In this document: in pieces, positions 12,706 through 26,038 of the stretch | How the letters are laid out: every line of letters starts with the position of its first letter | Position numbering within the stretch: the stretch's first letter is position 1 | Origin: Octopus sinensis | Lineage: Eukaryota | Direction of reading: 5' to 3' | NCBI RefSeq assembly: GCF_006345805.1 | Contig: NC_043012.1 | Span: 33,232,001 to 33,296,000, forward strand | Length of the DNA: 64,000 nt | Notes under the pieces: model-generated | Seen by the model: the letters and a program-made list of their open reading frames with translations, nothing else | The model's database searches: none | What the model was told of the DNA's origin: nothing | Translations under genes and position numbers: made by a program

Positions 12706-14310
12706 ATGGCGGGCGCATCCTCACGTAGAATTGGCAAGAAGTTAATTGAGCGTTCCAAAACAGTTAGTAATAGTCCATATGCAAGAGGCTTAACTGTCAA
12801 GTCATTCCCCAAAGCATCTCCTAAACATTTAGGAGAAATTATAATGGGAAATCTCACAGAAAGCGAGTTAGAAGAAAAGGAAGCAGCAGCAGCAGCAGCA
12901 GCAGCAGAGGAAGACGACGGAGTAGAATTTGTAATTCCAGTACGAGGTTGGTCATTTGGAGAAGTGCATGAAATACCGAAGCGTATAGCCGGTAAGCAAA
13001 CAGAAATAATCCCATCAACGAGAGGAGAATTAACCAGAAAATTAGTAGAAGTCCCGCATGAAGATCTAGAAAGAAGGATGGAGGAAGAAGCTTATGGTTT
13101 TGTAAGGATGCGAAAAATTGGTGGGATAGCACGCAAACTCCCACCATTGGCGGAAGACCCCGAAGAAGAAGTGGTTCCGGTGTCTCTTGTAGTTCAACCT
13201 GAGATAGGCAGCCATTTGCACAGGCCTAAAACAATCTATCCTCCACAGTTGTATTCAGATATACAAAGTGACAGTTTCGAACCTATAATAGTAGACAGAT
13301 TTCCAGTAGAGGAGGTAGTAACTAACGAAATCCCAGAAGAGGAAGAGTTGCCCGATATGTGGAATGCAACTGTTGGAGAACGTTCTGGCTTGCTTGGAAC
13401 TGAGGGAGCAGCGGTAGGCGAAGCTCCCGATACAGTCTCTCCTTATGCAAATGTATTTTACCGTTTCGAAGATGATGAATCAGGAAGAGCATGGGGTGAG
13501 GTTTATCCGGATCAGAAAATATTTGAACCTCAGTTCGCAGACGAAGAAGAAATGTCACGCGTTATAGAACATGTCCCAGATTATCCAAACGTAACTTCTA
13601 GAAGTAGTTTGAGGACTACAAGAGATGAAAGAGCAGCTAACGCAGATGCAGAAGCAGCCCAGAAAGCACAAAAGAGTATAAGACACCGACAACAGCCCCT
13701 ATTCTGCATGAAATATGGTAAACATAGGGATGTACATGGAACTCCATGTTCAGCAAGGATAGAACAAACAAGCGATGCAGGAGGAGCTCTCATTGCAGTC
13801 AGGGCTGCAAGTAGGCCCGAAAGCTTTCTTTACGTAACTGCTAGAAGTCAAGATAGAGTTAACAGAATGAAACAAGGACTTCTGGAAGCACATGCTATGC
13901 ATGAAGCGATAGGAGATGAAGTGGTTACAAGAGGAGTAAGTACTAGATGTGAAGAGACCCCTTCTAGAACAGGAAGACGCCAAACTACTAGAAGTGAAAA
14001 GGTGGTTACAAGACAAGTAAGTACAGGACGTGGAGAGATCACTTCTAGAACAGGAAGACGCTCAGCTACTAGAAGTGAAGAGGAGGTTACAAAACAAGTA
14101 AGTTCTAAACGTGGAGTGAGCGAATCGAGGATGGGAAGTCGTGCAGCACCTGAAAGACAAATAAGTACTAGACGTGAAGCGGTGGTTTCGAAGACTGAAG
14201 GACGAACAACATCGAGAGGAAAAGTGACTACAAAACAACTAAGTACTACCCATGGAGAAGGGACTTTGAGACACTTAAATGTTAAAACTCGCAAGCCACC
14301 ATGGCGCTAG
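12706..14310 (+). CDS. ORF1: uncharacterised 534-aa protein, acidic N-half, Arg/Thr/Ser-rich ~27-aa repeats at the C-terminus
   Basis: 1.6-kb uninterrupted ORF that is not microsatellite. AATAAA at 14465-14470 and 14496-14501. No recognisable domain. Confidence 0.75.
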   Translation: MAGASSRRIGKKLIERSKTVSNSPYARGLTVKSFPKASPKHLGEIIMGNLTESELEEKEAAAAAAAAEEDDGVEFVIPVRGWSFGEVHEIPKRIAGKQTEIIPSTRGELTRKLVEVPHEDLERRMEEEAYGFVRMRKIGGIARKLPPLAEDPEEEVVPVSLVVQPEIGSHLHRPKTIYPPQLYSDIQSDSFEPIIVDRFPVEEVVTNEIPEEEELPDMWNATVGERSGLLGTEGAAVGEAPDTVSPYANVFYRFEDDESGRAWGEVYPDQKIFEPQFADEEEMSRVIEHVPDYPNVTSRSSLRTTRDERAANADAEAAQKAQKSIRHRQQPLFCMKYGKHRDVHGTPCSARIEQTSDAGGALIAVRAASRPESFLYVTARSQDRVNRMKQGLLEAHAMHEAIGDEVVTRGVSTRCEETPSRTGRRQTTRSEKVVTRQVSTGRGEITSRTGRRSATRSEEEVTKQVSSKRGVSESRMGSRAAPERQISTRREAVVSKTEGRTTSRGKVTTKQLSTTHGEGTLRHLNVKTRKPPWR

Positions 14311-14399
14311 TGATATTTAGAAATAACAGGGTGCATTCAGATATATTTCAATATCAACGAGTCAGAAGGAAAAAAAAAGATGAAATCTCGTAATTACAA

Positions 14400-16645
14400 T
14401 TATTCGAATTATTTGACAAATGCATCGACTTAACGGTGGTCGATCAGATATCGATAACCACTATAATAAATCACGTTCAATAATAATTCAGATTCAATAA
14501 ATTGAAAGTATAAATTATCCCTATTGATTTATTTATATATCTATATAACAGAATGTTGTGTGACAGGTCTATATCAGAGTATTAATGATACAATAAGAGA
14601 AGACTGAATTGACCATGTAATGGTGTTCAGCAGTCTTTTTCAAACAAATCTATGATGAAAACACCGTTCCGACTATGACCTCCCAGGCTTTTCTCTTTTC
14701 TCTTTTTTGATATCAGAGGCTACATTGTCTCAACTAATTTTAAGACGGTAAGGTACGATGAGAGGGAGATTTCGTTGGTATTTCTAGGAAAGAGGTGCAA
14801 TTAATTGTTGAATCTGAAGTCGTTCACTTGGGCTTTAGTGAAGGTATCATCTGAAGGAATGGTCGGCAGTCTGAAGGGTTATAAGGGATATGAACGTTTC
14901 TCTTAAATACTTGGATTTATTAGGGTTAAGCACAAAGAACTGAGTGTCTATTTCTCTTTTCATATGAAAATAAGTTTCATCATTTACATTTCTGAAAATC
15001 TTTGCAAATCGTTAACCTTATAAATTCAGTGTATCTTTCATTTTACCCAATTTGAATATCTTTATATATAAAAGTGAAGTTGTGTGTCTGTCTCCTACGA
15101 TTTAGATTACTAACTACTCCCACATTTTGCGGTGCAGTTTAATCAAAAGCGGGTATCTTATAGTCGTGATTCATATCGAGCCCTTCTGGGTATTAGCGCG
15201 CGTCTACAATGAGTCTACGATTTAAAAAAAATTTACCATCTTTTTTTCCCATTTTTAATGCATTTTTTGCTATTATATAAGGGAAGTAACTCTCTAAAAA
15301 TGCTTATATAGTTATTTCCCTTACAAACCCGAGCAACGCCGGGCGATACTGCTAGTATACAATAAATAGAGTAACAAACGCCCATTCATTGTTCACATAA
15401 CCATTGTTTATATAACCACCTTGGAAATGTCAGCCTATTCTGCATGTGATCAATGAAACTATTTTGTAAGGCAGCACGTTCATTTTTGTTTTGTAATTCC
15501 ACAATTTTAGCCGAAATAATTTTGTGTGTAACTGAACGTTGAGTAAAAAACTTCAATATGTTAGGTTAAGCAGATTTACCACTACTGCCACCAACACCGA
15601 CACCTCCCCCTTGTTGTCAGCGTCGTCGGCATCGATGTCGTGGCACTCCTCCTCCTCCTTCTTGTCGTCCTCCTCCTTCTTGTCGTCCTCCTCCTTGTTG
15701 TTCACCTCCTCCTCCTTGTTGTCCACCTCCTCCTTGTTGTCCACCTCCTCCTTGTTGTCCGCCTCCTCCTCCTTCTTGTTCTCCTCTTCCTTCTTGCCCC
15801 CATCTCCTCCTTCTTTCCCTCCTCCTCCTCCTCCTCCTTCTTTCCCCCACCTCCTCCGTATCCCCCTTCTTGCCCTCCTCCTCCTCATTCTCCCTCTTTC
15901 CCTCCTCCTCCTCTTCCTCCTCCTTCTTCTTCCCCTCCTTCTCCTCCTCTAGTAGCGCTAGAATACCACGACAATGCGGGGTCATTCCGAAAAGCTCTAC
16001 CTGCCACGATTTCATCTCAATCGAAGGAGGGGAGCTTTCTCCGTCCGGGTTGCGGATCCGTGGAACAAGCTGCCAGACGAGATGGTGAAGATGCCGACGA
16101 CCGCTTTGTTCAAAGCCTCCCTGGACCTCAAGTGGCCTGAACTCTTTACATGAACACCACCCTGTACTTAACTCCATGTCCCCCTACATGGCCTTGCTAT
16201 TTGCTTTTGAGCCAAATTAACTAACTAACTAACTAACTAACAATGTATATTTTTTTTTACCATTGTGTCGTTAATTTATCAGAAATAGTATTCAATTCTC
16301 CCGCAAAGTCCACCAGACAAATTAAAATAAAGAATACATTTGATAGATAGTTCTAGATGAATTACATCCATTGCAAAAGACGAAATGGTCACGGCTAGAG
16401 CGCCGATGATCACAGGCTTACTGAATCACGGCTAATCTGGTGCTAAACAAGAAGTTTTATGTTTGTAGTATAATTGGTGAGTCAACTGAAGAAATACCAA
16501 TACAGCGAATGGTGATGTGGTTATGCTGAGATAGAAATATTATTCAATACGAACGAAGGTCCAAAAAAAAAGTAACGAAAGACTATTTGTGAAAGACTAT
16601 TTGTTTCCTTATATTTCTAGTCACATAAAAGCATCTTTAAATTAT
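14400..16645 (+). repeat. Duplicated 3' flank block, copy 1 (paralogue 29098-30513)
   Basis: 14400-14788 is nearly identical to 29098-29487. 15630-16645 matches 29488-30513 with internal indels. Confidence 0.9.
15059..15355 (+). mobile_element. Short non-autonomous Helitron
   Basis: Starts TC after an A, ends with hairpin CCCGAGCAACGCCGGG (15328-15343) and CTAG before a T. Confidence 0.8.
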
Positions 16646-16661
16646 TCAGTATCTTTAAATT

Positions 16662-17041
16662 AGAGGCGCAATGGCCCAGTGGTTAGGGCAGCGGACTCGC
16701 GGTCGTAGGATCGCGGTTTCGATTCCCAGACCGGGCGTTGTGAGTGTTTATTGAGCGAAAACACCTAAAGCTCCACGAGGCTCCGGCAGGGATGGCGGTG
16801 ATCCCTGCTGTACTCTTTCACCACAACTTTCTCTCACTCTTACTTCCTGTTTCTGTTGTACCTGTATTTCAAAGGGCCGGCCTTGTCACTCTCTGTGTCA
16901 CGCTGAATATCCCCGAGAACTACGTTAAGGGTACACGTGTCTGTGGAGTGCTCAGCCACTTACACGTTAATTTCACGAGCAGGCTGTTCCGTTGATCGGA
17001 TCAACCGGAACCCTCGTCGTCGTAATCGACGGAGTGCTTCC
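16662..17041 (+). mobile_element. tRNA-derived SINE, family 3
   Basis: A box TGGCCCAGTGG, B box GGTTTCGATTCC. TSD ATCTTTAAATT at 16651-16661 and 17042-17052. Confidence 0.85.
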
Positions 17042-18191
17042 ATCTTTAAATTGGTTTTGGTTGATATTTCTGTTGGTTCAGGGTGGATATAGCTGAGTGA
17101 TAAACCTACTGATGCGAATGCTGTTCAATTTGAATATTTGTAATTAAGTAAGAAAGGTATTTGCGCTTGGCCTTTAAAGTTCGTCTGTGTTAGTGAGAGT
17201 GGTGTGGTTGATGTCCCTCTTAATCCTCAGTAGGGTAATGTTGCACGGAAGCCTACGTATTTACATTAGTGGATTTGGCTATTTGCGCGTGTCTCTACAT
17301 GTATGTGTGTGCACGCGCGCATGGTGTGTGTATATATAAATAAGGGACCAGGGAGATCCGAGTGACTACTCGCAACTTCTCAATATACTAGTTGAATAGT
17401 GTGTGTGTGTGTGTGTGTGCACGTGTGTATATGCATACACGTGACTGAGTCATTTCTATGGAATATGGTGGATAAGTTAAGGTTTGGTTCTTAGTTGATC
17501 CAATTCATTCCACTTATCCCTTCACTTATCCCTTGTACATTGTATTCAGTAATGTCTGACGATAGGTAATAGCAGGTAACAGAAGGCGAGGAAGTACCTG
17601 CATCTTCCTGCGATGACCTAAAACTTGTGCGTGCATCGATGAGCGTGCATAAATGTGTGTGCTTCAGTATGTATGTGCGATTATGTTACTTTATGAATAT
17701 GTGTGTATGTGTGCACCTTATATTTATGTTGGTTGAGTGCCGACCTCAAATGGTCGACTTCGTTTTTTATTCTATGAATTCGATGTTAATCGACTAAGCC
17801 TCTCCCTCCAAATTTTAGGCCTTGTGTTTATATTAGAAATAATATTCATCTGTATTACTCATGGAATATATAGAATCTGGCGAATTCCTAAGACGAGGAG
17901 GCGAAGTGCAACCTGACGTTTCGTTCAGCAACGTTACATTATATTCCCGCCATTTTATAAATTTATCTAAATTGATCAATCTCACAATATGTTTTGCTAG
18001 CGCAGACCACCATCATTTCCATTTTACTTTTGTTTTTCTTCTTTACTGCTGTTTAATATTCCTGATATTTATCAGAGATTCTTTTCTTAGTTCATATCCT
18101 GCCCTGATCAACTTTACCTTTCATTCCCCGCGGAATCGATAGAAACAAAGTACTCGACAATCTCACTCCTTGTGTTTTAATTAGAAACAGC

Positions 18192-18410
18192 TGGCGAGCT
18201 GGTAGAATCGTTAGCGCACCGGACAAAATGCTTAGCGGCATTTGATCCGTCTCTACTTTCTGAGTTCAAATTCCGCCGAGATCGACTTTGCTTTTTATCT
18301 TTTCGGGGTCGATGAAATAAGTACAAATTGAACAGTGGGGGTCAATGTAGTCGACTAGTTCTCTCCCTCCGAATTTCAGTTCTTGTGTTTATATTAGAAA
18401 GGATTATTAT
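18192..18410 (+). mobile_element. tRNA-derived SINE, family 2 (variant tail)
   Basis: GGCGAGCTGG...GAGTTCAAATTCCGCCGAG...CTTTCGGGGTCGAT, shared with the other family-2 copies. Confidence 0.8.
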
Positions 18411-18414
18411 TATT

Positions 18415-18892
18415 ATTGAGGGAGAGAGCAGTGCATGCCATGAAAGTGACACTGGGATAAAATATACGAAGCCCAGTATACCCATCATGACTACCCGTCT
18501 GATAAGAGTACACTAGGCACATGCATCACAACCATATGTGCGCGATATGGTGATCTCATATCAAGATAAACAGCACATGACCTTGCAGGTGGGACCCAGT
18601 TAGAATTTTCTTCTGGTCGAGTAACACATCCCGCTCAAAAGGTCCCTGAATAAGGGTTGTTTAAGGATGTTGAACGAACTACCCATGTTTCCAAAGGTGA
18701 ATTATTCAAACCCCAAAGAATCCCTCTCAACACATGACTATGATGCTCCCCACCTACTTCTGCTCGTGATAAGAAATGCACATATCGTTAGCCACTAAGG
18801 GACATGCTCAATTGGTTAAGATCAAACAACTGACAAGCAAATCTGTGGTATTGAGCAGAATATTTGCAGTAGCCCATCTTTTATACCAAGAC

Positions 18893-18893
<1 letters not shown>
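18415..18893 (-). repeat. Unclassified ~500-bp non-coding retroposon with (AAT)n tail; other copies 19060-19600 (-), 47838-48066 (+), 62659-62722 (+)
   Basis: Copies align by eye. The three longer copies end in (AAT)n-type repeats; the short 62659 copy ends in (AAC)n then (AAT)n. Confidence 0.7.
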
Positions 18894-18943
<50 letters not shown>

Positions 18944-18957
18944 TATTATTATTATTA

Positions 18958-19041
<84 letters not shown>

Positions 19042-19614
19042 TTATTATTATTATTATTGAGGGAGAGAGCAGCGCATGCCATCAAAGTGACACTGGGGTA
19101 CAAATATATGAAGCCAAATATACCTATCATGGCCACCTGTCTGATAAGGTTACATCAGGCACATGCATCACAACCATATGTGCGCAACATGGTGATTTCA
19201 TGTAGAAATATTCAGCGCATGACCTTGCAGGTGGGGCCCACTTAGAATTTTCTTCTGGTCGAGTTGCTCATTACACTCAAAGGGTCCTTGAATAAGGGTT
19301 GTTTAAGGATGATGAATGAAACACCACATTTCCAGAGGTGAATTAGTCAAACCCTAAAGAATCCCTCTCAACACATGACTATGATATTATCCAACAACTC
19401 CTGCTCAAGATCAGAGGTGCACATATCGTCATCCACCAAGGGACACGCTCATCTAGTTAAGGTCAGGCAATTGGCAAGCAAATCTGCGGTATTGAGCAGA
19501 ATAGTTACTGTAGCCCAGCTTTTACACCAAGACAGAACATGTACATAACACTTCCAATCAGTTAATATCAGAAGCCACGAGAGTCACTGCCTCGTATTGC
19601 ATCAGGCACGTACT

Positions 19615-20725
19615 ATTATTATTTCTTGTAAAACTTTCAGCTTATTTTACTGGGTATCAGAGAAAGTATCAGCTACCCACAGCCAGCAGACTAAGGGGAT
19701 AGAACCCTACTGAGAACTCTAGCAGTTTCCAAGTAATGGTGATTTCCCTTTGCACCTATCTCTTTCTAGCCACATTGGTAGTTGAGTGCTTATACTTCCA
19801 AGCGCACCAGTCACTATCGGTACCACGACCACTCTCTTCATTACCCACAACCTGCATATTCCCCACTTCAGTTCATCATAGACGATCATTTTTATTTCTT
19901 TGACCCTGTTGTTACCAGGTCATGCTTTGTCGATTATCAGGCATGTTTTTTTCTTTTCTGTTTACCACAACGTCAGGTTTCTGATATCTAATCTGACAGT
20001 CACAACCTGTCAGTCACATTGAATCACACAGGATTTTGAACCACACAGGATTTTGAACCAGACAGGATTTTGCAGTCCTCATTCTCAGTAACTCCTTCTG
20101 GGATTTGGTTACACCACGTCTTTGATCTTTTTAGGCCATAATTTCTACACAGCCCGCAATGGATCATTCTTGCTCATTGTCATGTTGTCTTTTGTATTCT
20201 CATTGTGTTACACTGTTTCTCCCCTCTCTACACATTCTGTATTTGTCTCTCTCAGTTGTGATATCAATTCTGCACTTCACATAGTTTGTCCTCAAAACTT
20301 GTTCTTGTGCTGCGCATTTATAAGTGCCTCTATTTCTATCTTCAAGTCACTCTGCATCCATAATCAACGGTAACTGTTTTTGTGCTCGTATCTCTTACAA
20401 ACTCATCAGACATTTTCCCTTTCAGTGCCATTTCTCTTTTCGTGTTCTTTTACTCGTTAAATTTCTCCTCCTTAACACAATTATCAATTTTGGTGATTCT
20501 AGTCATCTTCACAGGTATCAACAATTGCTCCACAACATTTTTTTTTATATACCATCCTAAACTGTTTCCCTCTGACTCAACACAATCCTGAAAACTGATC
20601 AGACTTCCCCCACTCTTTCTTCTGGATAAATACAACCTACCAGTATCACTTTGGGATGGAATGCTCCGTGCATTGTTAATAATTTCCGTGTCTTCGTATT
20701 CATACTCATCACTTTCTTTCCGGTT
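19615..20725 (-). mobile_element. R4/Dong-type non-LTR 3' fragment
   Basis: LYLSRRKSGGSLISFQDCVESE and AAQEQVLRTN-like segments plus decayed RLE-domain sequence. Similar to 49735-51030. Confidence 0.65.
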
Positions 20726-20734
20726 TATGATAGC

Positions 20735-20751
20735 TGATTAAATTATTATTA

Positions 20752-20803
<52 letters not shown>

Positions 20804-20844
20804 CCTCTCCCTCCTCCTCCTCCTCCTCCTCCTCTTCATCATCA

Positions 20845-20896
<52 letters not shown>

Positions 20897-20937
20897 CCTC
20901 TCCCTCCTCCTCCTCCTCCTCTTCATCATCATCATCA

Positions 20938-20998
<61 letters not shown>

Positions 20999-21051
20999 CC
21001 TCTCCCTCCTCCTCCTCCTCCTCCTCCTCTTCATCATCATCATCATTATTA

Positions 21052-21108
<57 letters not shown>

Positions 21109-21155
21109 CCTCTCCCTCCTCCTCCTCCTCCTCCTCCTCTTCATCATCATCATCA

Positions 21156-21191
<36 letters not shown>

Positions 21192-21280
21192 TATTATTAT
21201 TATTATTATTATCCTCTCCCTCCTCCTCCTCCTCCTCATCATCATCATCATCATCATTATTATTATTATTATTATTATTC
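20735..21280. repeat. Higher-order (TAT)n-(CCT)n-(CAT)n compound repeat
   Basis: A unit of roughly 80 bp recurs about five times. Confidence 0.9.
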
Positions 21281-21281
21281 A

Positions 21282-22370
21282 GTAGTTTTATTTTTATAAC
21301 GTACTTTCACTTCACTACCGAGCGCAGCTCTGTGTGCCTTAGGTATGTGCTGTGATTTGTTGTGATGCTCTGATGGTTATTGTATGGAAAGTGTTCTGCG
21401 TTGGATGTGTGCAGTGCCTAGTAGTGCAATTTTCTGTATGTTATATGTGTTTGTAAGTCCTGGTGTTTTTGTTATGTATTTGTCTGAATATCTTTTTATC
21501 ATGCCTAATGCACCTACTATGATAGGAATAGTTTTTTGATTACTTTACTTTTTATATTATCATAATCATTAGGCTCCCTTTCGTTGTTTCCAGGTTTTAG
21601 CTTTGTGTCGCTTTCCTTCTTATTTATATGTTTGTTTGCCGTGTTTTGGCTTGCTGTTTGTCGTGTTTTACCGTTTCAGTGTTTATAATATTGGGCATTG
21701 TTGTGTGGCTTCTATCTACATTTTCCTGGTGTATTTTTTCTTTTAGATGTTCTATTTCTATTTCTGATATTTTTTTTTCGTTGAGAATGTATCTTCGTAC
21801 GTTAGCTAATTTATTAGGGTTCATTGCTGTATCCAAGTCTATATTTATGTTATTTTCCTTCCATATTTTATATGTATGTGTTGTTGTGTTTTCATTTTTT
21901 GGGTAGAGCACTGCTGTGAAGTATACTGTGTGTAGGATAGAAATGTATTCCTCACGTGTCCATTTATGTCTTTTGGGTTTTATTTGCGGGACATGAGGAA
22001 CAACGTCCGGCCCATTATTTTGACGGTCGTCATTTTCGTAGGGTACCGGTCCGTTCATTTCTGTTGTCACATTATTTCGCACGTGTAGTTTTTCGTACAT
22101 TTTGTGTTGTAAGTTTAAAGTACGTACCTCCCGATTGTTATTCTTGGGTTGAATAATATCGGTGGTATTTAATTTCTTCGTAGTTTCTTTGTACATGGTG
22201 TTTGGGGTCGGGGATGAACTGGTGTTGATGGATCGTAATGTTTCACGCATGTTTACATGTGTTGTGTTAGAGGTGGAGATGATATCGAGTCAATACATCA
22301 TTTCGTTTCGAAAATAGTAATAAATTTCAATGAGTATTACTTACTCGGATACAGTCCAATCCGTTGTTAG
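21282..22370 (-). mobile_element. R4/Dong-type element, internally deleted (N-terminal ORF joined to RLE end and 3' UTR)
   Basis: ORF 21624-22250 (KRHKWTREEY...NKLANVRRYIL) resembles R4-clade N-termini. 21282-21500 matches the 3' end at 22593-22830. (AAT)n on both sides. Confidence 0.7.
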
Positions 22371-22473
22371 TAAATCTTTGGCTCCATACGATGTCCTTGT
22401 TTTCGATGTTTGTGGATTATTATTATAATTATTATTATTATTATCCTTATTATTATTATTATTATTATTATTA

Positions 22474-22506
<33 letters not shown>

Positions 22507-22538
22507 CCTCCTCCTCCTCCTCCTCCTCCTCCTCATCA

Positions 22539-22592
<54 letters not shown>

Positions 22593-22593
<1 letters not shown>

Positions 22594-24420
22594 TTAGTTT
22601 TATTTTTATAACGTACTTTCACTTCACTACCGAGCGCAGCTCTGTGTGCCTTGGGTATGTGCTGTGATGCTCTGATGGTTACTGTATTGAAAGTGTTTTG
22701 CGTAGGATGTGTGCAGTGCCTAGCAGTGCAATTTTCTGTATGTTATATGTGTTTGTAAGTCCTGGTGTTTTTGTTATGTATTTGTCTGAATATTTTTTTA
22801 TCGTACACAATGCGCCTGCTATGATAGGAATTGTTTCTGTTTTTAGATTCCACATTCGGGTTACCTCTATTTCTTGCTCATTCGGGTTACCTCTATTTCT
22901 TCTTCTTCTTCTTCTTCTTCTTCTTCTTCTTCTTCTTCTTCTTCTTCTTCTTCTTCTACTCATCCCCCCTCCTCCGCCACCTTCTTCTTCTTCTTCTTCT
23001 TCTTCTTCTTCTACTCCTCCCCCTCCTCCCCCTCCTTCGCCCCTTCTTCTTCTTCTTCTTCTTCTTCTACTCACCCCCTCCTCCCCCTATTCCGCCACCT
23101 TCTTCTTTTTCTTCTTCTTCTTTTTTCTTTTTCTGATTCTTCTTCTTCTTCTTCCTCTTCTTATTCTTCCTCTTCTTCTACTCCTCCCCCTCCCCCTCCC
23201 CCTCTCCCCCTCCCTCCACTCCCCTCCTCCCCCTCCTCGCCCCTTCTTCTTCTTCTTCTTCTTCTTCTTCTTCTTCTTCTTTATCATATTTGTTAGGCAG
23301 CATGATTTCCTGTTTGTATTTGTCAGCTTCCTTAAATACTGAGAACAGTTTTTTTGTTATGCTCGTGTTTTGCGGTTATTTGTATCAGGTATTTTTGCAG
23401 TCCTATGGTGGTTATTTTATAATAGTTTTCCAGCTGTATAAGGCCTCTACTACCTTCTATACGTTGTATATATAGCCTTTCTATGTCAGATTTTGGGTGA
23501 TGCATCCTAAATCCTGTCATTATTTTTCTTGTTTTCCTGTCTATTTTGGTTAGTTCATTTAGTGTCCAATTAAGGATATTATAGCTGTAACTTATAACTG
23601 GGACGGCTAAAGTGTTAATACCTATTATCTTGTTTTTAGCATTGAGCTCCGTTTTTAGTATTGATCTAACTCGTCTATAGTATTCTTTCTTTATTTTCTC
23701 TTTCATTTGTGTGTGTTGTATCATATCTAGTTCATGGATTCCTAAATATTTGTATGTCTGGATTTGGTCTAATTCTCTTATTTCATTGGTTTTATCTAGT
23801 GTGATGTTGCTACTCTTAACTAGTTTCCTTCTTTTCAGGGCTACTTTGGCAAATTTTTCTAATCCAAATTTCATATCTATTTCTTTGGTAAATCTATGTA
23901 CTGTCTGTAGTAGTGTTTCCAGCTGTTTGCCATTTGTAGCGCATAGGTTTAGGTCATCCATATATAAAAGGTGACTGATCGTTTTGCCGTAACATTTGTA
24001 TCCGCATCCAGTTCTATTTAGCATATCAGATAGAGGTGTCAGTGCCAAGCAGAAAAGGAGTGGAGAGAGCGTGTCTCCCTGGAATATTCCTCTTTTAAAG
24101 GGGATGGTTTGGTTTTCACGAGTCCCACTTGTTTGGAGCTGTAGCACTGTCTGCCATTTATTCATGGAGTGTCTTATGAATTTTATAATTATTGTTGCTA
24201 CCTTGTTAATGGTTAGCGTTTCGAGGATCCACGTGTGGAGAATGCTATCAAAAGCCTTTCGGTAGTCGATCCAGGCCATACTGAGGCCTTTCTTCTTTCT
24301 GCGGCTGTCTTCAGTTATGGCTTTATTGATCATTAGTTGATCTTTACAGCCATATGAGACCTTGCAGCATCCTTTCTGCTCTTCTGGGAACATCAATTCT
24401 GTTAGCAGCATTTAATTCTG
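22593..24420 (-). mobile_element. R4/Dong-type non-LTR element: RT plus RLE C-terminus
   Basis: WIDYRKAFDS, RGIFQGDTLSPLLF, HLLYMDDL, YKYLG, ERLYIQR, and the C-terminus QKIALLGTAHILRKTL. 3' UTR followed by (AAT)n. Interrupted by (CTT)n/(CCT)n. Confidence 0.9.
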
Positions 24421-25260
24421 AGTTTAAGACCATTCTTAACCTTCGATAGCTTTGCTTGCGGATTTTCTCTTTCATTTTAGAGTGCTGGATACCATCACCT
24501 TCATTGGTTTCTCTGATATTTAGCAGTGGTAGTATCAAGTTCTATGTTTTCTGCCTTTATGAAAGTAGCTTTGAAAGTAGCCTTTGCAAATTTATCAAGT
24601 TCAAATTCTTGACCTGTATCAGAGCTGACTTCTTTGACAATATTCAGAAACTCCTCTAATTCTTTGTCGTTTTTGGTAAACATTTTAGATCATCCATATA
24701 GAGTAGATGATTAATTTTCTGGTCAAAGATCTTATGCCCTCTCTTGGCATTATTTAGTTGCGTGGATAATGGGAACATAGCGAGGCAGAATAGTAATGGT
24801 GATAATGAGTCACCTTGAGAGATACCACAGGTGGTATTGATGTCTGGTGAGGTGGTGTGTCCTTGTGTATGGTTTAAAATGAGGTTGGTTTTCCACGAAT
24901 TCATGATTAATTTTTAAAAGTTCACAATTGTTGGAGCTATCTTGTAAATTTCCAGGGCCTTGTTGATCCATGCACAGGGAACACTGTCAAAAGCCTTCTT
25001 GTAATCTATCCAAGCGGTGCTAAGGTTTCTGTGTTTGGATTTACAATTTTCAGTGACCATTTTATCAATCAACAATTGGTCCTTACATCTAAATGAACAC
25101 TTTTTACATCCTTTTTATTCCACTGGAAATATCTTCCTGTTGTCCATGAATTCATATGCTCTATTCGCTATTATAGATGTTAATAATGTATATATGGTGG
25201 TGAGGCATGTTATGGGGCGATATTTTGGCGGGGTTAGTAGTTTCTTCTGTTTTTGGTAAA
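24420..25260 (-). mobile_element. Second R4/Dong-type RT fragment
   Basis: GISQGDSLSPLLFCLAM, HLLYMDDLK, ELNAANRI. Confidence 0.85.
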
Positions 25261-25539
25261 AGATATGTAATCCTTTCTGTAAGCCACTTTGGGTATTAGA
25301 TATTATTATTAAGACGACGAGCTCGCAGGATCGTTATGTGCGCATGTGCGTATATGTGCATGTATGGGTGGGTGAGTGTCTGCAGCTGGTATTTTATGTG
25401 CGCCTGCATGTGTGTTTATGGAAGTGCATGCATATTTGTTACATAAAACCGCTGTATGTATAACATTCCGAACGCATAGTAATTGTTTGTTATGTTGTTG
25501 ATGTATGGCAGCTATAAAACATTCTTATATTTGATCATA

Positions 25540-25915
25540 TTAAACTAAAATATATTTTTATCTTAAAATATTCACAATATGCTTTCAGAGGACTTCTGCA
25601 AACGCTCAATGCAAAATCAACTGCCATAAGTGTGGTGAACATTCATAAAATACATTAACTGTGATTACTCATTGATATAAATTTTACTCCAAGGATGAAA
25701 GCAATTTAATATCAAACTAATTAAGTTTCGTACCAAGTCTTGAAGCCAATGTCAATAGGATTCGTAAATGAAAGCAAGTATCCCTGTGTGTGTAACGGGA
25801 ACATTTTAGGTGGCTTAGATCAATTGGTTAAAAGGTGAACCGCACAAGTAATATTAAATTAAGATTACATTATATAGGATTTCACTATTCAAATATCGGA
25901 TATTTCACAAAGAGA
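25540..25915 (+). promoter_or_regulatory. Conserved upstream block of ORF2
   Basis: Homologous to 12182-12545. CCAAT 25746-25750, ATTGG 25823-25827, TATATA 25871-25876. Confidence 0.55.
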
Positions 25916-25982
25916 TAAATTCACTGAATAAACAATAAAAAAAAGTCAACTTCTGATTTGGTTTTGTGTTAGATATATATAT

Positions 25983-26036
<54 letters not shown>

Positions 26037-26038
<2 letters not shown>

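Noticed and set aside
16662-16740. tRNA gene
   Set aside because: The A/B boxes continue into a SINE body with a TSD and there is no complete cloverleaf. The same holds for the other SINE heads.
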